Shown here: positions 1 through 19,700 of the stretch, piece by piece | How the letters are laid out: every line of letters begins with the position of its first letter | Numbering within the stretch: position 1 is the first letter of the stretch | Origin: Azolla caroliniana | Lineage: Eukaryota > Plantae > Polypodiophyta | Direction: 5' to 3' | DNA: 64,000 nucleotides | NCBI GenBank assembly: GCA_043228905.1 | Contig: JBHGNT010000010.1 | Location: 21,080,001 to 21,144,000, forward strand | Made by a program: the position numbers and the translations under genes | Notes under the pieces: generated by a model | Seen by the model: only the letters and a program-made list of their open reading frames with translations | The model's database searches: none | What the model was told of the DNA's origin: nothing

Positions 1-59
1 TATTGTACATCACAAAACCGTGTAAACATAGATGTTTTTTACAATATTATAGATATTTT

Positions 60-240
60 TTAGAAAGGTAAATAATTTTCAAATTCTAGAAGTATTTAAC
101 GTACTATATGTAAAATAAGTATTTTATAAGTATTTAACATATTAAGAAAACATATTTAACGTATTTTTAAACTGGGAGGTATTATATGGGTATTAATACG
201 TTAAATACGTATGGTATCCGTACCGTACCTAACAACCTTG
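60..240. mobile_element. Probable right end of a hAT-like non-autonomous DNA transposon
   Basis: Repeated GTATTTAAC(GT) subterminal motifs plus an inverted ACGTTAAATAC, ending ...CCGTACCGTACCTAACAACCTTG (reverse complement CAAGGTTG..., a hAT-like terminus). The other end is outside the window. Confidence 0.35.
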
Positions 241-3200
241 GTGTTGCATTACTCAAAGTTTTGGGTGTTACCTTTTACCCAATTAGGCATTGTTACAACT
301 TAATTGGTAAAGAGGTTGCATCGAGTTTCCCCTCGTGGAAACCCCATGCAATGAGGAGGAAACATGTGATTATGTCATAAAAAATCATCTTTCTTGGTTA
401 AAGTTCACAATGATTCACTCATTTCATAGGCACACTCATAATCTTGTGACATTGTGGCTTAACGGTTTGTAAAACTTTTAAAATATTTAGTTTGGGCTTG
501 CAAATACTCAAACATTTTGGCTTTAACGAGTTTAGTTCTTATATTTTGTGCTCTAGTTTAAGTTTCACGTTTTATAAATGATTTGAGTTTGAGACTCCCA
601 ACCAAAACTGAATTGTGGCCAAATTGTTGCTCATGTATACGTTACATTAATACATAGCATAACATTCTTATGGTAGTCATATTTCTAGCTTGTTTGCAAA
701 AAATTGAAACATGTAAACATAATATTCTATCTAAAATATCAAAGATTATATTTTCTTCAAAAAATAAATAGGTCATGAATAATTTATACTCACCACACCT
801 AGGAAGTTCTCACAATGCTTCTGTCTTAACATGAAATTAGCAAGATGATTGTTATTTGTCTCTGGTTTGCAAGCCAATGAGGTCTCATTTCATGTCTTCT
901 CAGTTTTCCTCAACTGACTAATCAAACCCAACCTTTTTTTGTTGATTCTTTCTCTTTTCACGAAATTGAAAAAAGTGTCTCTTTAATTTGTGGAAATTAA
1001 ACACATAACCTCCTATTGTTAAATTTTTGCATATTTGGCCCCTTTGCACTTTTGGGATACTTTCAAACTTTTATCTATGTATTAGCGTGAGATTAATACA
1101 AATTACGATGATATTACTTTTGGGGATTTTGTTTTAAAAAAATGCATCCATTACTAGGAACAAAATCAATGCCCCTAAATTGGTTGCATTGTTGGGCAAC
1201 CTCCAACCTTTGGTGATATAAAGATAATACTCCAATTTATGAATGAGATTATTGTATTTGATTTTTAAAACCCATCTCTCTCTCTCATGCACATATAAAA
1301 AAAGTTTTGTGTTGACAAATTGTTTGATATACATACATTTATCTTCGTCCTATTTGGCACAATCATTCTTTTTTGACATAATATTGTTATAATGCATACG
1401 CATTTTATCCATGTATTATGTATGATTTTATAATAATGTATAAGGATAATGGATTATTCATATATTAAGATTACCAAATCTCCCAAGCTATTGAGTCTTA
1501 TGTATATGATCGCTACAAGTAATAAGGATTTATTGATGCACCAATGTAATTTACAGATAGACTAGAGTGGCCACTATTAAGAAAACCATACACATGTTTA
1601 ATATCACAACATTGTTTACGAGGAGGGAAGTATATCATATATTCAATGCGCTTTTAACAAAATGTCATTGACGAAACACAAACATGTTGATGGAGGAGAA
1701 TTATGATGAGTCAATGTCAAGCCAGTTGTTAGAGCATCACAAAGGCTCTTGATACCATACTATTTTTCATTATGTTGACCAATAGCCTTAAACTTTCCAT
1801 GGTGAGATAATACTATATATAAATTAAAATAATACATCAAAGATAGTATGGCCCGTGGTTGACAATTGGCCCATGTTATGGGGGAGGGGAGTTCACCTAC
1901 CATTCATAAACAAATTCTATTATTATTAATCTAGTGACATGGTGCAGACCAAGAGTCACCGATCCCTATATTTTAGATTCAATTGTGATGGATTGAAATT
2001 TGAACATGACATAGGTTGCATATTTTGATGTGGTTTCGATGCATGAAAACCAAATGTGATTAGAAAATTTAAAAAGGGTTGGATTAAACATTCATGGGGA
2101 ATGATAGTGAAAGTGAAGGCAAGTAATAAAAAACAATAGAAAATTGAACTTGGAACAAAGTGGGAGAATATGCCTAGTTGAAATGTAGAAGGGCAAATGT
2201 TGAATATTGCAAATATTAAATCATCACAATGCGTCATAGACCTCAACTTTATGGTATTGAAAGTTGTAAGAAACTAGAGCCTTTAAATGTAAGTATGATG
2301 CTTGGCAAGTTGCGTTCAAGACAAGGCTACCAAGGTGGTGAATTTGGCATTGACGGTGTTGACATTATAATATGGAATATTAAACAATGATTTAAAGCGA
2401 TGATGGTTGTGTGATGCATATAGTAAGTTGTCTTCAAACCTAAGAAATTGGGGTGGTCAAATAATCATTTGAAGATGTTGAGAACTTCTATTAGAATTTA
2501 GGATTACCATTTGACAACTTGCCATTAGAGAATATTAAAGTGATTTAATCTTCAGTAATAAGCTAGATGTGTGATTGGTGTCGACATATCCAAAATTAAG
2601 TTGTGATGCATGTCCCCATCATGTTATGTATGTACTTAAACTTACACTTTCTTTTTTAATGTTACGAGCATACATTGCATTGCATAATCATTACCCTTGT
2701 GTAATTATTTTGTGTGGCTTTTTATCATTGGCTTGATGGTTTTCCACATACAATATGAATAGCAAAAAAACAAGGCTATAGGATCAATGTTTCACATTCT
2801 GTTGTATCATGTAATGTCTTATTTCCTTTAGTTTTTGAAACTTAAAAATTGCAACATCATATGAGTTGTTAGGACACCCACTCTACTATGAGTTTCAACT
2901 CAAATATTTTGTGAGGCAACCACTTTATTTCATCTTATACTGTGGCGGACATGCCATCACCCACACTAAAAAATGGATTGGGTCGACGAAAATCTAAATC
3001 TCAAGCCACTGTGACAATCATCATGAAATAAAATAAAATGCCTACAATATTGGAATATTTATTTTCTGGTATAGGATATTTTAAACCTTTCACTTCAATC
3101 AATACCTAATCATAAACAAAACACAATTCTCATCAACATTAGTCCCATGTCACTGTGTCATTATGAGATGTCATGCTCAACTAATGACTTAAGTACCTAG

Positions 3201-3831
3201 CAATGGATTTTTTATTTTGATTGATTGTTGATTTTGCTGGAAATACATATTATGTCTACAAATACATTTCACAATTTGTAAGACCCTACTTTCTTCCTAA
3301 CTAATGGTTAGCATATTTTTTGGGGAAAAAAAAATCTTGTAAGACCCTACACATACAATATTTATGCAAGGCCTTGGATTTGGAAAGCAAAATCTAGCTC
3401 TAAATCATCCCTACGTTTAATATGAACAACTTAAACCTAGTCTTCTTGGCATGCAATTTGATAATTACCCTTCGACAAGCACGATGTAAACTCTTAACCA
3501 CAAAACATTTAACAATGTATTGGTGATGGAGAAATATTAGATAAACAAGATTTAGAATAATGGGCTTAGTTTAAATAGTAAAGCACCACATGGCTTCCAC
3601 GCTTTAGGCCATGTGCTTGTTGAGATGTATCATGTTCATAAATTGCATAAATCTTTCAAATATTCTATCTTATCCAAAGCTTACAAGGTATATGGGTGGA
3701 TATATTGATCAATTTGCTTTAGCGTGATTAAATGTATTGATGCAAAGGACTATTCATGTACAATATTTTTGAATGTGCATGATACAATAAATAAACAAGA
3801 TGAATGATAATTGGTATATATTATATATTGA

Positions 3832-4024
3832 TGATCAAAGGTAGAGCATGGTCGAATATGATACTTGGTCTCGCGAACTTGTTTAGGGAAAAGTGTGTAT
3901 AGCCGACCGCTCTCATCACTTGTGCCCCAATGCCTTGCCTCACATCGCAATGCATGTGATAAGTCGCATGGAAGCAATGGTTCGAATGACAGATAACAGT
4001 ATGGGCTCTAACATGTATTGATGT

Positions 4025-4068
<44 letters not shown>

Positions 4069-5322
4069 AATAGAGTATATAATAGAGAGGTGAGTAAAAT
4101 TGGGTTTTGAACACAAGACATAATGACTTGTAGTGTAGCAACTTACCAATAGGGTAAGCTAATTACAATAATAATAGTAATAAAAAGAGAGTGTCATAGA
4201 GAGAGGTAAAGAAATAATATATCTTTGAGACGTGGCATAGTTGATTTGATTGAGATTGAGTCCAATATACTTTGAACCTTCCATTGAAAGGTAGATAATT
4301 AATTAATTAATTAATTAATTATGGTAGGTAGATAATTTTCTCTTTGTTTGATTATGTTTGCACGACCTTTCCATAAAAAGCATTCAAAAGAGAACGGTCA
4401 AACATACTCTCTAGGATGGCATTCAAAAACATATGTTTCTCTGTCTTTGATATGTAAAAGAAGTATATATTTATAGCTTCCCTTTGTGATAGAGGAAATA
4501 AATAATATAATGGTCCACCGTCCAATGACAAGCTCGAGATAACACCGCAATAAAGCTCAAGGATATAAATATATATAGTTATGTGGCATGAGAGATTCAA
4601 GAACATATTCAATGACCTGTTTTGGAACCCAAATGCGAAAATAAGAACATAACAACGAAAACATAAGGAAAGAATAAACACATGATGTAGTCATGACCTC
4701 ACGGAAGATCGCTTTCTCCTCTATCTCTTAATTGAATTACTAATCTCTATCACTCACATAAACAAACATGCACACATTATGTTACATTATACATATATTG
4801 CACCAAACTCCGAAATCACCACACACCATCTGCACTATTTATTGCTTCTATACGACTTAACTTACGTTATCTTCGATGCGAGACAAGCCATCACTCCATT
4901 ATAAAATCCATGTTATTGCAAATGCCCCCCAAATCAAATGATTGCCTTCAAAACCATTCACCCGATCCGACGATTACGTTCCAAACCATTTTTGTTGGTA
5001 CTCGACAAGAAAACAAAATTGATTGTCCACCTCAAGTGTTGAAGCTCTATCTTTGCTTCTTCTTTCGTTTTTTAAGGCATCTCCGAAAGGCAATGAGCCC
5101 AACCACAATCTTCTCCCTGTCATCAATAAACATCAAATTGTTGACATTTTGGCAGGACTCTCTCTCTCTCTCTCTCTCTCCCACCCATCTAAACCATTGC
5201 TTCCATGCGACTCAACTCACATGCATTGCGGTGCATACTTTGCTCTAAATAAGTTCGAGAGTCTAAGTATCACACTTTGATACAATGTTCTGCCTTTGAT
5301 CATATTCGACTATGCTTTCCAC
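3832..5322. repeat. Long imperfect inverted repeat upstream of RLK gene 1 (arms ~3832-3983 and ~5191-5322), each arm adjoining a GA/CT microsatellite
   Basis: GATACTTGGTCTCGCGAACTTGTTTAGGG...CGCAATGCATGTGATAAGTCGCATGGAAGCAATGGTT (3860-3982) matches the reverse complement of AACCATTGCTTCCATGCGACTCAACTCACATGCATTGCG...CTAAATAAGTTCGAGAGTCTAAGTATC (5192-5271). Confidence 0.8.
4065..4186 (+). mobile_element. 5'-truncated SINE copy (same family as 16525-16733), inside a (GA)n tract
   Basis: AGTATATAATAGAGAGGTGAG...TTGGGTTTTGAAC...CTTGTAGTG...ACTTACCAATAGGGTAAGCTAATTACAATAA aligns with 16634-16731; (GA)n at 4029-4064 on the left and GAGAG on the right. Confidence 0.75.
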
Positions 5323-5554
5323 ACATGATACATCTTTGACCAAACCCAATCCTTTGCACAAATTTCTTTGGCTTGCGAGATTCATTGGAAAAATTATTGA
5401 ACTCAAACTACTCACTTTTAGATTTATCAAGCGTGAAATGTAATATTTTTGGTCTAATAGCTCAGATATGATCTCAGAAGAAGCTAATAGAATCTCTCTC
5501 TCTCTCTATCTTTAGTAGAACACTACACACAAAACTTCGAACTTTGGTTCAGCC

Positions 5555-13139
<7,585 letters not shown>

Positions 13140-14559
13140 GCTTCTATACCTGATATATGCAAACTGCCCACAAAAAACATAAAACTAACTAAGCCAGGGC
13201 CAGATTGTAATCGAATCAGCATATCAAATTGCACCTAAAGGATTAGGCAACTTGTGTGTTGGGAAGCTTTTTGTGGTGATCCAAGTTTGTAATTTCGTTT
13301 CTTCAGCATTTGGATTCTTCACAAGTGGTCTTCATTGCTTACATTGAAACCTTCGCATACCAAAATGGTTGGAACATTAAGTATAACTCATCAAGAAAGC
13401 TAACTATTCTTTCATATTATTCATTTAGCTTATGCTAAAAAATCTCCTCCACAAAAGATTAAATTATTCTTGTTAGTGGTCATATCAAGGAATTTTAAGG
13501 GAATCAGTCCAAACATATGGTAAGCTTAGAGCAAAGTTATGTTGTAAGAATTCTAGAATTGCACTTGCACATAAGAGAGTCATGTAACAACATTTTACAA
13601 AAGACTTCAAGAGTTTCGAATTAAAAATGGTCAAGTACCTTGAAAAAACGCTAAGAAGGTTTAATGTGAACTTCATAGATAATGTTATAACTTGCATTTC
13701 AAGATGAGATAATAAACATGATTACTCGTGGATGATAAATATTGGCGATCCCTAATACCTACCATAGTTTCTACATCAAGTTTAAATTGATCAATCTTTA
13801 GACTACATTCTTCTATCAATAAATTGGGAAATTTGGAATGTATTTCAATTTCAATAATATTTGTTTCTTGTTGAACCTTTATATGCCTGATTCGCCCATT
13901 GTTTGAGGAGTCTTTTGAATTCCCTTCAAAATACTTCCCAACTAGCATCCACACCCTTATATCTTCAAGAAGTTTGAGATATATATATGTAGTTAGGCTT
14001 TTGATTAGTCATATACTCACTACTTACACAATCAATTGTTTGATTTCATAAAGCCGTATAGTGTGATAGAAACAAAAAAAGCATTGCACATATAGATGCC
14101 TAATTGACTAGGACATCACATCCAAACAACAATTTGAGTGTGTACCTTAGTTTCACAAAACTTATGAGAGCCCATTCCAAAGATATCTCGAACACTTCTT
14201 AAAAGTGCCTCATTGACAAAGATAAATGTTTTAGATGCTGTAGCATCACACCTATATGTCATGTTACGGGTCATGGAGAAAGCATTTAGATTTGCAAAGC
14301 CTGTTTGACACACCACACCCAAAGTGATTAAGATGAGAAATAGTAATAACATCAAAAGGATCCATTAGATCCACAAAGCATATTGTCATTGACCTAAATG
14401 AGTGAAGTGCCATTTTATAAGAAATTCAAAGCATGGTCATGCACCATTTACTTAAACTTGATTATCAAATTTAAGGTTGAGCATCCGTTTTGCATAAAAA
14501 TAATAATTCAAATATAAAATTGTGGATTGCAAAGAAGAGAAATTCTGAGAGAAGAAGCA

Positions 14560-15682
14560 AGATATGCTGCCTACCATGCCTAAACCAAACATATTCAAAG
14601 AAGATATCATTGGATTCATGAAGTGGTGGAAGAAAAATTAGTTGCACTTGAGAAAGTGCACATCGATCAAAATGGACCGGACATGTTGACTAAAATCTTA
14701 CATAAGAGTAAGATTGAAGCTTGCCGCTTGAAAGCAGGTTTGGTTGAACCCCCCATGTAGGAGTGAGGGGGAGATTTGTGGGTTCTTCCCTCCTACATGG
14801 ATGAAGAGGTCCAAATATTTCATTGGGTCTATGTTTTTTCAGCCACATTAGTATGTGGATGTGTATGTTGTAATGGGTCCAAATTAGTATGAAAAGGGCT
14901 CAAATAAAGTTTCTACTTACAAGTTTTTTCTTAGGGGTAATAAGGGGTTTTTTAGAAACATAACCCTTATTATTACTATTTCTGTTTTTTGAGAATATAC
15001 TAAAAAGAACATGCAACAAGAAAGAAAAGAGAGAGAGGGAGAGAAGTGTTGGGGCCTGTCCACTCAAGTGGAGCCCACAATGTTAAGTCGGCTAAACGCC
15101 GAATACAACTTAAAACTAATTAGTTACATTTAAATAAATATATATATGTATGTATGTATGTTTCCTCTCTTTCTTTTTTTTGTATGTTTTTGGGCGTGTG
15201 TCTTTTTTGTTTTGTTTTGTTCAGGTGTGAAAACAGATTCGAAAAAGGACGTTGCCCTACAAGGCTGAGGGAAGAGGGGCAGACGTAAAAAAACTGTGAC
15301 AACGAAAGAGAGTGCAGAAAAAAACAGAGAATATACAAGTGTGATACAATCTGATTTTGTGAGTGAAAAACAGAGAGTAAAACAGAAAACTGAGAGGGAA
15401 GTCTTCGAGAAAGATAGAGAAAGATAGAGAAAAACGAAGTGCATAAGAAATTTTGGTGGAATTTTGGTGCCGTTGTGAATGGTCCCATGGTTTTTCCCCA
15501 CATTGGGGTTTTCCACGATAGTGTCTCTTTGATCTTGTTAGTGTTCAAGTGTGGAGTTTCTTGCTGAGTTGATGTCAAGATTAGTTTTGATTTGATTACT
15601 ATCTTCTATTTTACAACACAAGTGGGGAAAAGATTTGTTAGCTTCCGTGTGGAAGAGTGGTATTGTCTTGTGCTTCCCCAAC
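14560..15682 (+). mobile_element. Ty1/copia 3' remnant: RNase H C-terminus, PPT and 3' LTR (~14777-15682)
   Basis: Translates TKHIQRRYHWIHEVVEEKLVALEKVHIDQNGPDMLTKIL; PPT GAGTGAGGGGGAG 14761-14773; LTR TGTGGG...CCCAACA. Confidence 0.8.
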
Positions 15683-16524
15683 AGATATTGCATGCTAAAG
15701 CACAATTTGTGAATCATGCCTTCCTCATGTGCCAACATTACGTGCCAACATTACCATTCTAGCGTGGCCAAAAAGTTGCATTGCCTGGAATGAGTCAATC
15801 CTTATCCTTACTGTCTTGGATGATAGAGAAGCACCCAATTGTGCTTTGATATGACCCCTACACAGCCAAAGGAATTTTCTATTTCAAATTTCCCTCTCGA
15901 TAAAGTAAAAGCAACTTGTTCGCTAATTGTCACAAACATGGAAGGTCGTGGCCCTTTTTGTCTGCAAAATCATATAGGCAATGAAATGACATTGTAGGTC
16001 TATGTGATGAGATTCATAGACCAATATTGCAACATAGAGAAAAGAAAGAATTTTGATGAATGTATCTAATGTATTGATTCCCTTGTCACTTCCAAGGGTA
16101 ATGTAGTTCACTATCTCATCAATGTAGAGTCCGGAGAGTGTAGGAGAAAGTGAGCATACTTGTGTAAGAGTGATGGTACTAGTGAAAACCTCTCATAGTG
16201 TCATTGGACACCTAACTCCTCCCAACACTTGCTCATATTGTGCATATATCACCCACATCAAGTTAGAGGGAAATTTGAGTGCATAAAGTATTTGTAGGAG
16301 ACATTCCCTTGGTATCATCTCAAGCAAAGCTTTGGCCAAGTGTTAGGGTTAGCCTTCCATATCATTTGTTGAAAGGTGGTGAAGTTCTATGACTTCTTTT
16401 TAATGAACTTGAAAGTTTGGCACTTGGAAAACAATATATTCCTCACCCACAACCTCTCCTTCACATGATATGACTTTTGCTGCGACAATGTGAACCACCA
16501 AGCTATTGAGAGATAGAGAGAGAG

Positions 16525-16733
16525 CCCAGATGGATGTAGCTCAGTTGGTAAGGTTGCCCAATGGAGGCCAGGTGGTCATGGGTTCAACCCCTACATTCCA
16601 CAGTGGCATCTAGTGAATTAAGAGATATATAAGAAGTATATAATAGAGAGGTGAGGAAGTTGGGTTTTGAACCCAGAACACAGTGCTTGTAGTGCTAACA
16701 ACTTACCACTAGGGTAAGGTAATTACAATAAAA
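16525..16733 (+). mobile_element. tRNA-derived SINE, apparently full length
   Basis: Pol III A box TAGCTCAGTTGG (16537-16548) and B box GGTTCAACCC (16581-16590); acceptor-stem-like TGGATGTAG/CTACATTCCA; body shared with 4065-4186; 3' hairpin CTTACC-ACTAG-GGTAAG; A-rich end; GA repeats on both sides. Confidence 0.8.
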
Positions 16734-16744
16734 GAGAGAGAGAA

Positions 16745-19700
16745 CGGAGAAACGCAACAGTTGGGAGTTGTTGGAGAAGGACAAACACTAATTTTGATGT
16801 ATCTTCTTGCTATGGTGTCCATTTCCTTTGTTCTTTAGCTCGTTTAGAAGCCTACGACGCATAGAGCTTTCTAAAGAGTATCTGCATGTATCATTTGGTG
16901 GTCTTGATAGAATGTTACGAGTAAAAATTCCATTCGGTTGCATGCATCTCATGATTGGTTGCTTTGATTCCTTCTCCAACACAATTACTTGTAAGTGAGC
17001 TCTCCATGAATATGGACGAGTCTCCAAATACTTCAACGGATGCATGCATGGTTGAGTCAGTATCAAGCCCAAGAGGGGATGGTAAAAGAAAACGATGTAT
17101 TGGAGATAATAGTAATGACATGTCTTATGCTGATGCAATGCGACAAGATGATATTGAGAAAGATAATAGTCATTGGGAACATTTAAGATGCATGGAAAAT
17201 ATATTAATGGAAGATTGTATAAGGGAGAATGTGAAAGTTGTTGAGGAGTTTGTTGACGATGAAGTGGCTACGGTAGAAATAGACAATAAGGAGTTTTTGG
17301 GCTCATTTGCTAATTTTTGTGATAAAGGAGCTGATTGTGTTCAAGATGTTTACGCTGGTCCTCGTGGATTTTATGAGGTTGTTTTGGTATCACAAGAGTA
17401 TAAAGAGAAATTACTCAATAAATTGCCAGTTTTTTATGAGAAACGTTTGGTTCATATTGTTCCGTGGAGGCCACTAGTGGAATACCAAGATATATTAAAG
17501 CAAGAGTGTCTCGTATAGGTTGAGGCAGAGTGCACATATTCAGTGGTTTTGCCAATATTACGGTCAACGATGGAAAAGTTGGGAAAGATCTTGGTGCCTC
17601 CTAGTGCTAATGCTCAAAATCGATATTGGATGTGTATTCTTTGGAATACTACTATAAGGAGGCCAAGTTGTTTACAAATTGCATGCTCTGGTATGCCGCC
17701 TATGTATTTTCGGCTTAAATGGGGTACATTTGCAGGACATTGTTTCCATTGTGGTGTGTTGGGGCATTTTATGGCTGAGTGTCCTCAAAAAAGAAATAAT
17801 GTAGTGGAAGTGGTACATGAAGAGCCTACAACTCATGATCAGATTCAAGGTTTGACAATTTTAGAGCAAACAAAGGAACCACAAATTGTGAATGAGAAGG
17901 ATGGAAAGACTCTAGAGGATGAAGGACAATGGTCAATAGTTTCTGGAAAGATGACGAAGTCTAATAAAAATGTTGGGCATAATGTATCTATGGAGAAGGT
18001 CACATCGACAAATCCCATGCGGAATAAACCATGGGCTCGTCAAGAGGACTATCCAAAGAAATTATCTTTTGATAATAAAGGCAATTTGTATGTTCCTTGG
18101 AATAAACGAAAATCGGCGCCTCATTCACATGAGGAGCCATCAGGGTCTGGAGTTTTGCATTCCCATAGCAATTCATTTGCAATCTTAGGGGATTTATTTC
18201 AAAATATGGCAGAAACATTAGTAGTGAAGGAGAAGGAAATTTCTCGAGTAAAAGGAAAAAATAAAGTATGAAGATCACCACATGGAATGTGAGGGGATTG
18301 TGTTCTAGATTTAGAATGCATGAGGTTTGGAGGATTGTGTTAAGTGAGCAATGAGATGTTTTATGTGCAGTAGGGCATAACGATCATCGTAATGCTGGTT
18401 TAATTAGTTATTCTAAGGGTTATACATTATGTTATGCTGGCAAGGTTCATGGGGATTATTCTGGGATTGTCATGTTTATAAGAGATAAATTTCAGTGCCC
18501 AAAAGTAATTGTTTCAGATGAATTTGGAAGATTTATTGTGGTAGAGATATGTTATGAAGGGCAAGCTCTTTGGTTAGTTGGTGTGTATGCATCAAATGCT
18601 TCACAAGAACGAAAGTTGTTATGGAGATCTCTAAACTCAGTGCTTGATAATGGTAGACCAGGTTTATTGATGGGAGATTTTAATGTTTGTTGTGAGACAA
18701 ATCAATCAACATCTATACACTCTATTATGGATGGACCAAAGGCTCAAGAATGGGGAGATTTTGAGACTGAAGTCATGTTAAGGGATGTATGGAAATGGAT
18801 CAAGGGAGATGAACCTGGTTATACCTTTCAATCGGCTCAATATAAGGATACTTGGAGTAGGTTGGATCGAATGCATGTAATGCATACCAAAGGTTTTTTA
18901 CCAGAGATTTTGGATATTTCAGTGTCTTATGGGTCAATTATATCAAATAATTTCTCATTAATTTTTGAGTTAAATCACCACTCAATTAGAGGTTTTCATG
19001 AGTTTTTAGGAAAACCACCGTTGATTTTTAATTCATCATTTTTGGATTATGAGGTCTTCCATGCCTATATGTGTCAATTGATTGATGCATTTGCCTATCG
19101 TGTTCAATTTGATGGGTATGAAGTGTGGGAAGTATTTGTTTCAAATGTTTAGAGGCTAACAAGATATTATGGAATTCACCATGCTGTTAAAAGGAGAAAG
19201 AAATTAAGTCTCCTCGTTAATTTGCTTGATAAATGCAACTCATTGTTAACTTATTGGCCAACGCATGTAGAGTTGATGAGATATCAAGAGGTATTAATTT
19301 CTGCGATGCATGACCTAACGGCAAAAAATTATCAACATGCTAAACTACATCGTTTAAGACAAGAAGTGGATGATGCTAATTGTCAATCATAGAAGTTTTT
19401 TCATCACCTTCATGAATCACATGCATGACATAATGTAGTAAGGTTAGAGGAAAATGGTATCATGTGTTCCAATCCTCAAGAAATTGTGAAGAAATGCATA
19501 GAATATTATACACAATTGTTGGATGTACAAATGTGTATCGATGATAATGTTAAAAAGGATAGAGATGTATTTTTTAATGGAGTGAAAAATCATGTATCAC
19601 ATGATGTGGCACAATCATTAGATGCTAATATTTCAGAGGATGAGGTGGAACATGTCATGTCACATCTTGCTAATGATAAGAGTCCTGGGTGGGATGGATT

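Noticed and set aside
13485-14420. Possible decayed LINE endonuclease region (also ~15750-16500 and hAT-like ~1950-2700)
   Set aside because: Only vague motif traces; cannot be supported without a profile search.
15120-15578. 128-152 aa ORFs
   Set aside because: Low-complexity antisense reading of the copia LTR.
16531-16600. Functional tRNA gene
   Set aside because: Anticodon arm is poorly paired, there is no oligo-T terminator right after it, and it is attached to a repeated body with an A-rich tail, so it is better explained as a SINE head.
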